Under the pieces are notes generated by a model, which was not told the DNA's origin, searched no databases, and saw only the letters and a list, made by a program, of their open reading frames with translations. Shown one piece after another: positions 9,400 to 20,080 of a stretch of 64,000 bases of DNA (position 1 is its first letter; the number at the start of each line of letters is the position of its first letter). Source of the DNA: an uncultured Gammaproteobacteria bacterium. Its GTDB lineage: Bacteria > Pseudomonadota > Gammaproteobacteria > Magnimaribacterales > D2472. The stretch covers positions 13,652-77,651 of the forward strand of contig CAZFYG010000004.1 of NCBI GenBank assembly GCA_964523375.1, in the 5' to 3' direction. The translations under genes and the position numbers were made by a program.

Positions 9400-10034
9400 A
9401 AGCCTATCAAGAAAAATTTCTAAAAATAGCATTATCCACCGAAGCATTGGAGTTTGGTGATTTCACTCTCAAATCAGGCAGAAAAAGCCCATATTTTTTC
9501 AATGCTGCAAAAATGCTTAAAGGTGGGAGCATATCTGAACTTGCCTTGTGTTATGTAGAAGCTATTAAAGATAGAGGTTTAGATTTTGATAGTATCTATG
9601 GTCCAGCATACAAAGGAATATTTATAGGTTCTATTGTAGCTATGCATTTTAGTCAAAGTGGAATTGAATACCCCTTATCTTTTAACAGAAAAGAAGTGAA
9701 GGATCATGGAGAAGGCGGTAACATAATTGGTCCCAAGCCAGATGGCAATATTCTTATAATTGACGATGTTTTGTCCGCTGGGACTGCTGCAAAAGAGTCT
9801 ATAGAGATTATTAAAAAAAATGGTGGAGTGCCTAAATTTTTTGTTATTGGTCTTGATAGGCAGGAAAAAGGAAGCTCTAGCCTTTCTGCAAGAGTTCAGC
9901 TAGAGAGCGCTTATGGTGTATCTGTTGTTTCAATAGTAAATTTGGATACGCTTATTTCTTTTACTAATAAAAGTTCTGAATATCAGAAATATCTAATAGA
10001 GCTTCAGAATTATAGAGAGCTTTGGGGCGCATAG
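9396..10034 (+). CDS. pyrE: Orotate phosphoribosyltransferase
   Basis: PRPP-binding loop ILIIDDVLSAGTA. GTG start overlaps the rph stop (GTGA). Confidence 0.9.
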   Translation: MKAYQEKFLKIALSTEALEFGDFTLKSGRKSPYFFNAAKMLKGGSISELALCYVEAIKDRGLDFDSIYGPAYKGIFIGSIVAMHFSQSGIEYPLSFNRKEVKDHGEGGNIIGPKPDGNILIIDDVLSAGTAAKESIEIIKKNGGVPKFFVIGLDRQEKGSSSLSARVQLESAYGVSVVSIVNLDTLISFTNKSSEYQKYLIELQNYRELWGA

Positions 10035-10035
10035 C

Positions 10036-10650
10036 ATGTTTTCTGGGATAGTTGAATGTACTGGAGAAATTTCTAAAGTTATAAATCATGGGGATGTTTT
10101 GAGTATAGAAGTTATCTGTCCTGATGGCTTTAATAAAAACTTACAAAGCGGCGCCAGTATCTCTGTAGATGGTGTTTGTTTAACATCTAAAGATAATGGA
10201 AATGAAGCACTAAAATTTGATGTTATTGGCGAAACAATTAATAGAACAAATTTTTCTACAATGATTGTTGGAAATAAGGTAAACCTAGAAAGGTCTATAA
10301 AAGCCTCCTCTGAAATTGGGGGGCACTTAATGTCTGGACATGTTCAGTGCACAGGCAAAATCATAGAAGTCAAAATAAGGGAAAATACAAGAGACATATT
10401 AATAGAAATACCAGATAGATATGCTTCATATGTTATGGAAAAAGGGTATATTGGCATTAATGGCTGTAGCCTTACTATAGGCGAGGTCATTGATAATTGC
10501 TTTTATATACACCTAATACCTGAGACTCTTAAAATTACAAACATTAGCAGGCTAAATGTTAAAGATATTGCCAATATTGAAATTGATCAAAATACAATTG
10601 CTATAGTTGATACAGTAAATAAAGTTTTATTGGCTCAAAAATCTAGCTAA
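10036..10650 (+). CDS. ribE: Riboflavin synthase (alpha chain)
   Basis: MFSGIVECTGEI plus duplicated lumazine-binding repeats (SVDGVCLT / INGCSLTIGEV). Confidence 0.85.
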   Translation: MFSGIVECTGEISKVINHGDVLSIEVICPDGFNKNLQSGASISVDGVCLTSKDNGNEALKFDVIGETINRTNFSTMIVGNKVNLERSIKASSEIGGHLMSGHVQCTGKIIEVKIRENTRDILIEIPDRYASYVMEKGYIGINGCSLTIGEVIDNCFYIHLIPETLKITNISRLNVKDIANIEIDQNTIAIVDTVNKVLLAQKSS

Positions 10651-11541
10651 AACTGCCATTCTCATAGCAACACCATTGGCAACTTGGTTTCTAATAACTG
10701 AATTTTCTGATTGATAGGCTGTTTCCGATATCTCAATATCCATGTTCACAGGCCCTGGGTGCATAATAATAGCATCGCCTCTAGCCATAGAAACTCTCTC
10801 AGTAGTAAGTTGATATAGATGCTTGTATTCATCAAGATCAAGGCTTAAATCACTTTCAAACCTCTCATGCTGAATTCTTAGGGCCATTACAACATCTGCA
10901 TCAGCAACTGCTAAATCTAGATTGGGCTCATATGACCCAATAACTGGATCCATATAGTTTGTGCACATGCTGGGATGCCCAGAAAAAGTTAGAGATTCAA
11001 TAGAAAAGTTAGAAACTCCCTCAATAAATGATTTAACAACCCTTGAATGGTCTAGGTCACCTACTACAGTTATTTTAAGTTTATCAATAGAGCCTTTTAG
11101 TTGCCTTATTGTCATAAGATCAATTAATGTTTGGGTTGGATGTGAAATGGAGCCCTCTCCAGCATTAATGAAAACCATTTCTGGTAAGTACTCAGCAAGC
11201 TCTGATATTACTGAATCAGCATGCCTGAGAACACATAAATCTACTCCCATTAATGATAATGCGTCAACTGTTTGGTATATAGATTCACCCTTTGCAACAG
11301 AAGAGTTCTCAGAATTAAAATCTATAACTGAGCAACCTAAATTCTTTCCAGCTATGTCAAAGGAACACTTGGTTCTAGTGCTTGGTTCGAAAAACATATT
11401 TGCTATAGTTTTATCGGGAAATAGATTATCTTTCTTAAATTTTCCATCAGCATCAATAAAATTTTCTGCAAAGTCTAGTAAAGAGATTAGCTCGTCTTTA
11501 TTTAAATCATTTAAACTTATTAAATTCTTAACCATTTGCAT
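10627..11541 (-). CDS. pyrB: Aspartate carbamoyltransferase catalytic subunit
   Basis: FFEPSTRTKCSF, SHPTQTLIDL and MHPGPVN. The 3' end overlaps convergent ribE by 24 nt. Confidence 0.9.
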   Translation of the reverse strand: MQMVKNLISLNDLNKDELISLLDFAENFIDADGKFKKDNLFPDKTIANMFFEPSTRTKCSFDIAGKNLGCSVIDFNSENSSVAKGESIYQTVDALSLMGVDLCVLRHADSVISELAEYLPEMVFINAGEGSISHPTQTLIDLMTIRQLKGSIDKLKITVVGDLDHSRVVKSFIEGVSNFSIESLTFSGHPSMCTNYMDPVIGSYEPNLDLAVADADVVMALRIQHERFESDLSLDLDEYKHLYQLTTERVSMARGDAIIMHPGPVNMDIEISETAYQSENSVIRNQVANGVAMRMAVLARFLSQ

Positions 11542-11914
11542 TCACCACGGCATCTATTTCAACATTTACTCCTAGAGGAAGTGCTGATATTTCAATTGTT
11601 GCTCTAGCTGGATAAGGTTCTTCAAACCTATCAACCATAACTTGATTCACTTCAGCAAAGTCACCAAGATCAGTTAAATAAATTGTAATTTTTACAATAT
11701 CAGATAAATCGCAGTCAGCTTCTTTGCAGATATTTTCAATATTATTTATAACTTGATTGGTTTGTATTTCAATTGAATCTTTTAAAACATCTCCATTTTT
11801 AGGGTTTATTGGAACCTGACCTGAGATGAATAAAAAGCCGCCAGCAAGAACTCCTTGTGAATATGGGCCAATCGCCTTTGGTGCATTTTCAGTGTAAATT
11901 ATCTTCTTTGACAT
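11528..11914 (-). CDS. ridA: RidA/YjgF family reactive-intermediate deaminase
   Basis: APKAIGPYSQGV ... ARATIEISALPLGVNVEIDAV. Confidence 0.85.
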   Translation of the reverse strand: MSKKIIYTENAPKAIGPYSQGVLAGGFLFISGQVPINPKNGDVLKDSIEIQTNQVINNIENICKEADCDLSDIVKITIYLTDLGDFAEVNQVMVDRFEEPYPARATIEISALPLGVNVEIDAVVNANG

Positions 11915-11983
11915 ATTGCATTCTCCAAAAAGTACATAAATATTTGAGCATAATACATTAATTAATTAAAGATATTTCCTTTT

Positions 11984-14173
11984 TCAACCTTCATTAATTT
12001 GTCTAGAGCAATTAGAAACAAATTTCTTTGCATTAACTTTATCTATCAAGATATTTAAATGCTTATTATCATTAATTTCAATTTCAAGCTCGATATTTGC
12101 AAATGTTGCATCTATGGCATTTGTATTAACAAATACAACATTTACGCCTTCTCTAGTAAAAATAGATAAAACATCGGAAAGAACTCCTACTTTATTTTCA
12201 GAAATTATCTTTAGTTTTGCAATATATAAATGATTATTTGTTGCAGCATCCCATAAAGCTATTTGGTATCGAGTATCTTTTGCAAGAAAAGGAACAACCT
12301 GTTTGCATATTTTATGATGAATTACTATGCCTCTTTCTGTATCGGAATGAGCAATAATTTCGTCATCTAAAATTGGCCTACAACATTTTGCAAATACAAC
12401 TGAAACGCCTTCAATTTTTTTATTAGCCAATCTTAGCGGGCTTATCTGTTGATCGCCTGAATTTTTTCTTATTTGAAGTCCTTCGTAAAACTTTTGCGCA
12501 ACAATATTCCCTGTTTTTTTCCCGAGCCCAAGATCTGTCATCAATTTTGTTAATGACGGTACTCCTATTGAGCCTAAAACTCTTTTTAATGTTGCTCCTT
12601 TGTAATCAGATAATTTTATACCTGAGCGCTTGAGCTCAGTTTCCAACATTATTTTCCCTGCCTTCCTTGCTGACGAAACCTTTTGTTTTCTTAGTCTTGC
12701 TCTAATACCACTTCTAGCCCTACTAGTTACAATAAAATTAAGCCAAGCTGGATCAATAATGACATTATTTTTTGAAGTTATAATTTCTACGGTTTGTCCG
12801 CTTTCAAGTTCGACATTGATTGGAGCCTCTTTCCTATTTACTTTACAGCCAACAATCGTATCCCCAAGATCTTTGTGAATTGCATATGCAAAATCTATTG
12901 GAGTTGCGCCTATCTTTAGTCCAAAAATATGACCTTTTGGTGTAAAAACAAAAACTCTTTCAGGCTCCAGGTCTGTTTTGATTGATTCAACAAATTCTGA
13001 AGAATCTTTAGACTCTTTATATAAATCCAATAAACCAGTTAGCCACTTTGTTGCTCTTAATTCAGTTCCTCCACTCTCTTGAGATGTCTTATATCCCCAG
13101 TGCGCAGCAATACCTCTATTAGCAGTATCAAACATACTTCTAGTTTGAATTTGAACCTCTATAGGAAAAGCGTCTAAAGCAAGCAGCCCTGTATGAAGCG
13201 CCTGATAACCATTCATTTTTGGTATAGCAATGTAGTCTTTAAATCTATTATCTATGGGGGAATAATAGTTATGAATTATCCCAAGTGCCCTGTAGCACTC
13301 ATCAACTGTATCAACGAGTATCCTAAATCCATAAACATCTAGAATCTCTGAAAATGGTTTATGTTTTGTTTTAATTTTATTATAAATACTGAATGCATTT
13401 TTTTCTCTTCCCTTCACTGCAGCTGCCTCAATACCATTATTTTTTAAGTTGGCTTTTAGTTCTTTTCTGACTTTTTCTATAATTTTTTTTCTTCCGCCAC
13501 TAGATTTTTGTATTGCAGAATCTAGCATCTCTGCCCTTAAGGGGTGAAGACATCTAAATGCTCTGTCTTCAAGTTCATTTTTAATATCAATCATTCCAAC
13601 TCTTAAGGCCAAAGGCGCAAACATTTCTAATGTCTCTTTAGATTTAATGATCTGTTTATGACGCGGCATAAAATCAATAGTTCTCATATTATGAAGCCTG
13701 TCACAAAGCTTTACCAAAATAACTCGAACGTCATTAGCCATTGCTAATGCCATTTTTTGAAAATTATTTGCATTAGTTTCAGCTTTATTTTGCATATGGA
13801 TCTTGCCTAACTTGCTTACTCCATCAACTATATTGGCAACATCTTTTCCAAAGTTTTTTTCTAAAACAGTTTTCTGGACATCGCAATCCTCGAGAACATC
13901 ATGCATAAGTGCTGCACAAATTGAATCAGGATCCATTTTAAGCTCAGCAACTATCTTTGCCACAGCAACTGGATGAGAGATATAGGCAGAGCCGTCTTTT
14001 CTTTTTTGGCCGTCATGGGCTATAAACGCAAAGGTATATGCCCTTTGAATTTTTTTTATTTCAGCATCTTTCAAATACTCTTGAACAGGCGCTAGTAAAT
14101 ATGAAGGAGCCTTGAGCAGGTCCTTGTCTGTAAAATTGGTTAAAGATTTTTTTGGGAGCTCTCGTTCTGTCAA
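11984..14173 (-). CDS. spoT: Bifunctional (p)ppGpp synthetase/hydrolase, RelA/SpoT family
   Basis: HD hydrolase motifs (YISHPVAVAKI, HDVLEDC) and synthetase region YIAIPKMNGYQALHT. C-terminal TGS/ACT-length extension. Conserved spoT-rpoZ-gmk order. Confidence 0.85.
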   Translation of the reverse strand: MTERELPKKSLTNFTDKDLLKAPSYLLAPVQEYLKDAEIKKIQRAYTFAFIAHDGQKRKDGSAYISHPVAVAKIVAELKMDPDSICAALMHDVLEDCDVQKTVLEKNFGKDVANIVDGVSKLGKIHMQNKAETNANNFQKMALAMANDVRVILVKLCDRLHNMRTIDFMPRHKQIIKSKETLEMFAPLALRVGMIDIKNELEDRAFRCLHPLRAEMLDSAIQKSSGGRKKIIEKVRKELKANLKNNGIEAAAVKGREKNAFSIYNKIKTKHKPFSEILDVYGFRILVDTVDECYRALGIIHNYYSPIDNRFKDYIAIPKMNGYQALHTGLLALDAFPIEVQIQTRSMFDTANRGIAAHWGYKTSQESGGTELRATKWLTGLLDLYKESKDSSEFVESIKTDLEPERVFVFTPKGHIFGLKIGATPIDFAYAIHKDLGDTIVGCKVNRKEAPINVELESGQTVEIITSKNNVIIDPAWLNFIVTSRARSGIRARLRKQKVSSARKAGKIMLETELKRSGIKLSDYKGATLKRVLGSIGVPSLTKLMTDLGLGKKTGNIVAQKFYEGLQIRKNSGDQQISPLRLANKKIEGVSVVFAKCCRPILDDEIIAHSDTERGIVIHHKICKQVVPFLAKDTRYQIALWDAATNNHLYIAKLKIISENKVGVLSDVLSIFTREGVNVVFVNTNAIDATFANIELEIEINDNKHLNILIDKVNAKKFVSNCSRQINEG

Positions 14174-14194
14174 TTCAGGCTCCTTTGAGTTTTA

Positions 14195-14464
14195 CTAAAT
14201 AGCTGGATCAGCCTCACCTTCTTCAGGAGCAGCAAAACCATCCATAAGCACATCTTCTTCGAGAGTTCTATCAAGAGTCTCTCTATCAATAAGTCCTTCT
14301 TCAATCTCTCTAAGTGCAACCAAGGTTGGCTTATCATTATCCCATTCAACCATAGGCTCTCTACTAGTTGTGGAAAGCTGCCTAGCTCTCTTTGATGCCA
14401 TAATAATTAGATCAAATCTACTTGGTATTTTTTCTAAACAATCTTCTACTGTAATTCTTGCCAT
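14195..14464 (-). CDS. rpoZ: DNA-directed RNA polymerase subunit omega
   Basis: [30 protein letters not shown]. Confidence 0.9.
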   Translation of the reverse strand: MARITVEDCLEKIPSRFDLIIMASKRARQLSTTSREPMVEWDNDKPTLVALREIEEGLIDRETLDRTLEEDVLMDGFAAPEEGEADPAI

Positions 14465-14501
14465 ACTTATCTCCTGATGGGGTATTCTAATTCTTTAAGC
14501 A

Positions 14502-15119
14502 CTAATAAGACAACATATCTTGTAAAATCTTTTCAATTAAATTTTTATTTAAGCTATGGTTTTTTGTAAATATAATATTCTCAAAGGTCTTAATGGCTTC
14601 CTCAACATCATCATTAACTATAACAAAATCATATTCTCCATAGTATTGGACCTCTTCACGAGCATTGGCCATTCTCTTATTAATAGCTGAATTGGTATCT
14701 GATTTTCTATCTTCTAGCCTCTTCTTGAGCTCTTTAAAGCTTGGAGGCAGAATAAATATAGATGAATTTAAGATATTAGAATTCTTTATTTGCATGAATC
14801 CTTGCACATCTATATCCAAGATAATACTTTTGCCTTGAATGAATTTATTATCAATAAATGATTTTAACGTTCCGTATCTATGATTATGGACTTGTGCGAA
14901 CTCAATAAAAGCACCTTCATCTTCCAGAGATTTGAATTTATCATCTGAGATAAATTGATAATGAACTCCGTCAACCTCTCCGTCTCTAGGTGGTCTTGTC
15001 GTTGCAGAAACAGATAACTCAAAATTGTTATTCGAAGAAAGGAATTTTTTTATTAAAGTAGATTTCCCTGCTCCTGAGGGCGCTGAAATAACAAATAGCT
15101 CTGGATGATTATTCTGCAT
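14502..15119 (-). CDS. gmk: Guanylate kinase
   Basis: P-loop SAPSGAGKSTL and TTRPPRDGEVDGVHYQF. Confidence 0.9.
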   Translation of the reverse strand: MQNNHPELFVISAPSGAGKSTLIKKFLSSNNNFELSVSATTRPPRDGEVDGVHYQFISDDKFKSLEDEGAFIEFAQVHNHRYGTLKSFIDNKFIQGKSIILDIDVQGFMQIKNSNILNSSIFILPPSFKELKKRLEDRKSDTNSAINKRMANAREEVQYYGEYDFVIVNDDVEEAIKTFENIIFTKNHSLNKNLIEKILQDMLSY

Positions 15120-15960
15120 TTTGTGCTTGCTCCCTCATCTCTTCAACTAAAAGCTTCATATTTAATGCTTTAGATTTTTGACTTGGGTCATCTAATTTGA
15201 CAGATAAGGTGCTAGTTTCCCTAAATAATTCCTGCAAAATAAAATCAATCTTTTTACCTTTACTCATCTTAGTTTTAAGCTCTTTTTCCAATGACGATAG
15301 ATGAAAAGTAATTCGCTCTTGTTCTTCTGCAACATCATGCTTAAGCAATAAAAGTGATACCTCTTGCTCAAGCCTATCTTTATCAATATTAGATATATGA
15401 TCTTTAATCTTTTTTTTAAATTTAATGTTTCTTTTCGCTATAGTGGATTGTGATTTTACTGAAATTGAATGGTTATTATTTTTAATTTTTTTAATTTTAC
15501 TTATAAATACTTTTTGTATCTTTGCGCCCTCTTCTTCCTTACTTGCTAGAAAATCAGAAAAAGCTTTCTTGAATGTGTCTTTTATATTTTTTTTATCAAC
15601 CACTGATTTATGAATGGAGTTTATAATTCCCGGTACATCTTTTACATCTCCAAATGAAAGCTCTTGTGATCTGAGGTCATCATGAGAAGCAACAAGATTT
15701 AAAAGATTCTGCAATGACTCTTCATTGATTTTATATGAAGTCTGCTGTGGCTGAGTAATTCTAAATCTCACATCGACAGAACCTCTTTTTACTCTCTTGG
15801 ATAAAGTCTCTCTAATAAATATATCAACATCACTTGGAAGATCATGCGACTTAATTGTTATATCAAGAAACCTATGATTAATTGATTTAATCTCGCAATT
15901 AATATTAATATCTCCATCAATAAACTCTGAAGATGAAAATCCTGTCATGCTAGTTATCAT
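15109..15960 (-). CDS. yicC: YicC family stress-induced protein
   Basis: The N-terminal SMTGFS motif, the length (283 aa) and the position next to gmk match YicC. Confidence 0.8.
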   Translation of the reverse strand: MITSMTGFSSSEFIDGDININCEIKSINHRFLDITIKSHDLPSDVDIFIRETLSKRVKRGSVDVRFRITQPQQTSYKINEESLQNLLNLVASHDDLRSQELSFGDVKDVPGIINSIHKSVVDKKNIKDTFKKAFSDFLASKEEEGAKIQKVFISKIKKIKNNNHSISVKSQSTIAKRNIKFKKKIKDHISNIDKDRLEQEVSLLLLKHDVAEEQERITFHLSSLEKELKTKMSKGKKIDFILQELFRETSTLSVKLDDPSQKSKALNMKLLVEEMREQAQNAE

Positions 15961-15993
15961 GAATATAATTGTATTTGGGAATTGGATTTAGGG

Positions 15994-16656
15994 CTAGTCA
16001 TTAAAACCTAAGGTAAGCAATTTTTTACCATTTAGGGACCTTGCCTTGGGGTCAAGTATCTTGTTTTCTGTGCAATGAAAGACTCCGTTAATAATATTTG
16101 TAATAAAGAAACATATGATCTTAGATGCACGATCTCTACTTAATTTATTATTAAATTTTGGTATTGATGCCCCAGGTATATATAGACCACCAAATCTTAA
16201 AATATTTAAGTTTCTTGAAATATTTTCTTTCAAAAATTCTTCATATTTTGAAATTATAAGACCTCTGAAACAGTCTGGCATAACAGGTGTATCTTCATCC
16301 AATATGCCGATCTGCTTACTTCCAAAAACTCTTGTCGATGAAACTGCTATAAACGATTCGAAGTCAATATCGCCTAAAGATGCAACAACATTCTTTGCAG
16401 CATTTTTAAAACCTTGCTGATAACCGATTTCATTCATCTCTGATGGTTTTGGAATAAATATGATTCTTTTAAAGTTTGTAATAGGTAGCTTTAATTTTTT
16501 TTCTGAAAGCCAGTCCCATTGAATATGAGTTGTATCGGCTATATTTATATTTGAAGATCTACTTACAGAAATAAAGTTATATTTTTCATGATTTAAATTT
16601 GCAACAACTCTTTGGCCAATATCGCCAAATCCTATAATTAGAATATTTTCTTTCAT
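15994..16656 (-). CDS. NAD(P)-binding Rossmann-fold protein (atypical SDR/epimerase-like), function unknown
   Basis: N-terminal ILIIGFGDIGQRV glycine-rich loop. No further motif recognised. Confidence 0.45.
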   Translation of the reverse strand: MKENILIIGFGDIGQRVVANLNHEKYNFISVSRSSNINIADTTHIQWDWLSEKKLKLPITNFKRIIFIPKPSEMNEIGYQQGFKNAAKNVVASLGDIDFESFIAVSSTRVFGSKQIGILDEDTPVMPDCFRGLIISKYEEFLKENISRNLNILRFGGLYIPGASIPKFNNKLSRDRASKIICFFITNIINGVFHCTENKILDPKARSLNGKKLLTLGFND

Positions 16657-16706
16657 CTCATGATAATAAATTAATAAGTGAATGATGCCAAAAAGAAATT
16701 ATGGAC

Positions 16707-16740
16707 AAAAAAATGGCTTAGGTATTTAATACCTAAGCCA
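16707..16740 (-). terminator. Rho-independent terminator downstream of hppA
   Basis: 10-11 bp perfect stem (ggcttaggta / tacctaagcc) with a 5-nt loop, followed on the minus strand by a T7 run (plus-strand A7 at 16707-16713). Lies 14 nt after the hppA stop. Confidence 0.65.
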
Positions 16741-16753
16741 TAATAGTATTTTT

Positions 16754-18754
16754 CTAAAAGAATATACCGTTTAGAGGCAATAAGCCTGAAATAACTAAAC
16801 TAACCATAGCCATAACATTGATCAAAATATTCATTGATGGCCCAGATGTATCTTTAAAAGGATCTCCAACTGTATCACCAACAACTGTAGCTGAGTGAGT
16901 GTCAGAACCTTTTCCACCTAAATTACCTTTTTCAACATATTTTTTGGCGTTATCCCATGCCCCACCTGCATTAGCCATAAATAAAGCTAAAGCAACGCAG
17001 CCTAAGAGACCGCCTGCTAGCATTCCACCAAGAGCTATAGCTCCTAACCCAAAACCAACTACAGCAGGCATACTCACAGCGATAACTCCTGGAAGCATCA
17101 TTTTTTTAAGTGCAGCTGTTGTAGCAATTTCTACGCATTTTTCAGAATCAGGATCAGCCTGACCTTCCATTAACCCAGGTATTTCTTTGAACTGTCTTCT
17201 AATTTCATTGATCATTTCAAAAGCAGCATCTCCAACAGCTGTCATGGTGATCGAGGCAATAAGAAATGGTATACATATTCCTATAAACATACCTACAAGA
17301 ACAATTGGATTCTCAAGTGAGAGTGAGAACGCATCTCCATATGTTGCAGAAACTTGGGCTGAGTAAGCTGAAATAATAGCCAGTGCTGCAAGAGCCGCTG
17401 CGCCAATGGCAAATCCTTTACCTATTGCAGCTGTTGTGTTTCCGAGCTCATCAAGTGAGTCTGTGATGTCTCTAACTTCCTTACCCATTCCTGACATTTC
17501 TGCAATACCGCCAGCATTATCTGCAACTGGTCCATATGCATCTATAGCCATTGTTATACCTACAGTTGCAAGCATTCCTACTGCTGCAATACCAACTCCG
17601 TATACTCCATCAACCAATGATGTGGAAGCCAATATAATCGCTGCAAGTATTAATATAGGAATAACAACTGATTGCATTCCGACAGATAAACCTGAGATCA
17701 TTACAGTAGCAGACCCTGTTTCTCCAGATTCAGCTATTTTTCTTACAGGATTGCCGCCCGTGTAATATTCTGTAATTAGACCAATAAGCACTCCGCCAAC
17801 AGCTCCGCAAACAACACACCACCACACATTTGTTTCAATGCCTTTAGAACCAATTAAGAAGTACGCCATTGCTATGAAAATTACAGGCGCCAATAGAGTT
17901 CCTGATCTTAAAGCGCTAGCTGGAGCTTTTGAAGATTGAAGTTTAACAATGAAAATACCGATAACTGAAGCCAATAGACCGATTGATGCTAATAATAATG
18001 GCAACATCATTAAGTCTGTTCTACCCATTGTGTATGCAATAGCAATCGAAGCAATCATTGATCCGCAATATGATTCAAAAATATCAGATCCCATACCAGC
18101 AACATCACCTACATTGTCACCAACGTTATCTGCGATTACACCTGGATTTCTTGGATCATCTTCTGGTATCCCAGCTTCAACTTTACCAACCAAATCAGCG
18201 CCTACATCAGCACTCTTAGTAAAAATACCTCCGCCAACTCTTGAAAATAAAGCAACTACTGATGCTCCCATTCCGAAACCTTCCAATGCATGAACACCCT
18301 GCTCATATCCATTAAAGAAATAATAAAGCCCTCCAAGACCAATGAGGCCAAGTGAGGCAACACATAGACCCATCACAGATCCACCATAAAAAGATACAGT
18401 TAATGCTGCTGCTGCTCCATCTTGTTGAGCTGCAGTTGCTGTTCTTACATTTGCTTTAGTAGCTGCATACATTCCAATAAAACCAGCTAAAGATGAGCAT
18501 AATGCTCCAACCACAACAGCTATAGCAGACTCTGTTGATAAAAATAGCTGCGCAAGGATTACTAGAGCTACTATAAATACAAGTAAATATTTGTACTCAG
18601 TTTTCATAAATGCTAATGCGCCATTATGAATCTGATCTCCAATTTTTTTAACTTTATCTTCACCATCTGGATATTTCATAACCAATTGGTACACGACAAA
18701 AGCCACGATCATTCCAACAACCCCTAGAATTGGAGCAATTAACAAACTGTTCAT
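16754..18754 (-). CDS. hppA: Membrane-bound ion-translocating pyrophosphatase (K+-dependent signature)
   Basis: [48 protein letters not shown] and [14 protein letters not shown]. The start at 18754 (MNSLLIAP) has AGAGG 7 nt upstream and is preferred over 18796. Confidence 0.9.
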   Translation of the reverse strand: MNSLLIAPILGVVGMIVAFVVYQLVMKYPDGEDKVKKIGDQIHNGALAFMKTEYKYLLVFIVALVILAQLFLSTESAIAVVVGALCSSLAGFIGMYAATKANVRTATAAQQDGAAAALTVSFYGGSVMGLCVASLGLIGLGGLYYFFNGYEQGVHALEGFGMGASVVALFSRVGGGIFTKSADVGADLVGKVEAGIPEDDPRNPGVIADNVGDNVGDVAGMGSDIFESYCGSMIASIAIAYTMGRTDLMMLPLLLASIGLLASVIGIFIVKLQSSKAPASALRSGTLLAPVIFIAMAYFLIGSKGIETNVWWCVVCGAVGGVLIGLITEYYTGGNPVRKIAESGETGSATVMISGLSVGMQSVVIPILILAAIILASTSLVDGVYGVGIAAVGMLATVGITMAIDAYGPVADNAGGIAEMSGMGKEVRDITDSLDELGNTTAAIGKGFAIGAAALAALAIISAYSAQVSATYGDAFSLSLENPIVLVGMFIGICIPFLIASITMTAVGDAAFEMINEIRRQFKEIPGLMEGQADPDSEKCVEIATTAALKKMMLPGVIAVSMPAVVGFGLGAIALGGMLAGGLLGCVALALFMANAGGAWDNAKKYVEKGNLGGKGSDTHSATVVGDTVGDPFKDTSGPSMNILINVMAMVSLVISGLLPLNGIFF

Positions 18755-18826
18755 ATTTACCTCTAAGTAAAAAAAATTAATGGTGCATTCTATCAAAAAA
18801 AAGAATGAAAAAAGAGATTTTATTAG

Positions 18827-20080
18827 CTATTTATTGAATATTTTCTTGTCTAACAAACCTTCTGATTCAGCTACAATGCATGCAACCGCAGCATCCCCTG
18901 TTACATTCACAGAAGTTCTTAGCATATCAAGAATTCTATCTACAGCTAAAATAATTCCTATTGCCTCAAGAGGTAAACCAAATTGTTGAAGAATGAGTAC
19001 TAAAGTTATCGTTCCAGCTGAGGGAACGGCAGCAGCCCCGATAGAGGCAACAACTGCTAAAATAATAACCTGTATATACTGAATTAAGGTTAAATCAATA
19101 CCAGACATTTGCGCTATAAATATAGTAGCCATACCTTGCATAATAGCTGTTCCATCCATATTTATTGTTGCTCCCACAGGAACGACAAATGAAGCTACAT
19201 TTTTATCAACACCAAGATCATTTTGAACTGTTTTAAGGGTTACAGGAATTGTTGCAGCACTGGATGATGTTGAAAATGCAAAAATAGCAACATCTTTCAT
19301 TTTTATGAAAAAAGTTTTTATGCTTATGGAAGTGAAAAGCTTAAGTAATAATGTATAAGTTATAAAGGCATGAAGTAATAACACCAATATTAGCAGAATG
19401 ACATATTTGAAAGCTTCTTGAAAAACATCAAGCCCATCAACTATTACAAATTTACCTATTAAACAGAAAACGCCAATTGGAGCAAATGAAATTATAGTTA
19501 TAACCAACTGCATAAATACTGTATTTAACTTTTCAAAAGATTCGCTAAAATTATTAGTAAGATGATTTGTCTTGTTTAGAGCTAAGCCAAATAAAATACT
19601 AAAAAAGACTACAGCGAGCATTTCGTTATTAGCCATGGCCTGAATAATATTTGATGGAAATATATTTACTATTGTCTCAAAAACACCTTGGCCAGGCGGA
19701 AGGCTTTCTGGAGCAATAGATATCTCTGAATTGTAGCCAGCCCCTGGTTTAAAAATTGACCCAATAACTAGCGAGAGGGTAACAGCTATTGCAGTTGTCG
19801 ATAGATATAAGGCGATGGTTTTTGTAGTTATCTTTCCCAAGCTGTTTAAGTTGCTTAAAGAAGAGATACCTGACACTAAAGAGAAAAAAATTAGAGGAAC
19901 TATTAGCATCTTCAGAAGGTTTATAAATATTGTACTTCCAAGCAAAAATACATACTTCTCAACAAAAGATGAAATTTGATCACCGAATAAATTAGTGTAG
20001 TAAAAAATAGCTCCCACAACAAAGCCAGCAAACATTCCAATAAGAATATTACGCGTTAGGTTGGTTGGAGCATCTATCAT
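18827..20080 (-). CDS. Dicarboxylate/amino acid:cation symporter (DAACS family)
   Basis: SSSAATIPVT, GATINMDGTA and DRILDMLRTSVNVTGDA. Confidence 0.85.
   Translation of the reverse strand: MIDAPTNLTRNILIGMFAGFVVGAIFYYTNLFGDQISSFVEKYVFLLGSTIFINLLKMLIVPLIFFSLVSGISSLSNLNSLGKITTKTIALYLSTTAIAVTLSLVIGSIFKPGAGYNSEISIAPESLPPGQGVFETIVNIFPSNIIQAMANNEMLAVVFFSILFGLALNKTNHLTNNFSESFEKLNTVFMQLVITIISFAPIGVFCLIGKFVIVDGLDVFQEAFKYVILLILVLLLHAFITYTLLLKLFTSISIKTFFIKMKDVAIFAFSTSSSAATIPVTLKTVQNDLGVDKNVASFVVPVGATINMDGTAIMQGMATIFIAQMSGIDLTLIQYIQVIILAVVASIGAAAVPSAGTITLVLILQQFGLPLEAIGIILAVDRILDMLRTSVNVTGDAAVACIVAESEGLLDKKIFNK

Noticed and set aside
10961-11575. 204-aa plus-strand ORF
   Set aside because: It is entirely antisense to pyrB, whose product has unambiguous ATCase motifs. 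The antisense translation is low-complexity with no recognisable motif, so this is a shadow ORF.
16899-18293. Series of 87-119-aa plus-strand ORFs
   Set aside because: All are antisense to hppA. Their Pro/Ala/Ser/Ile-rich sequences mirror the Gly/Ala/Val/Ile-rich membrane protein on the other strand.
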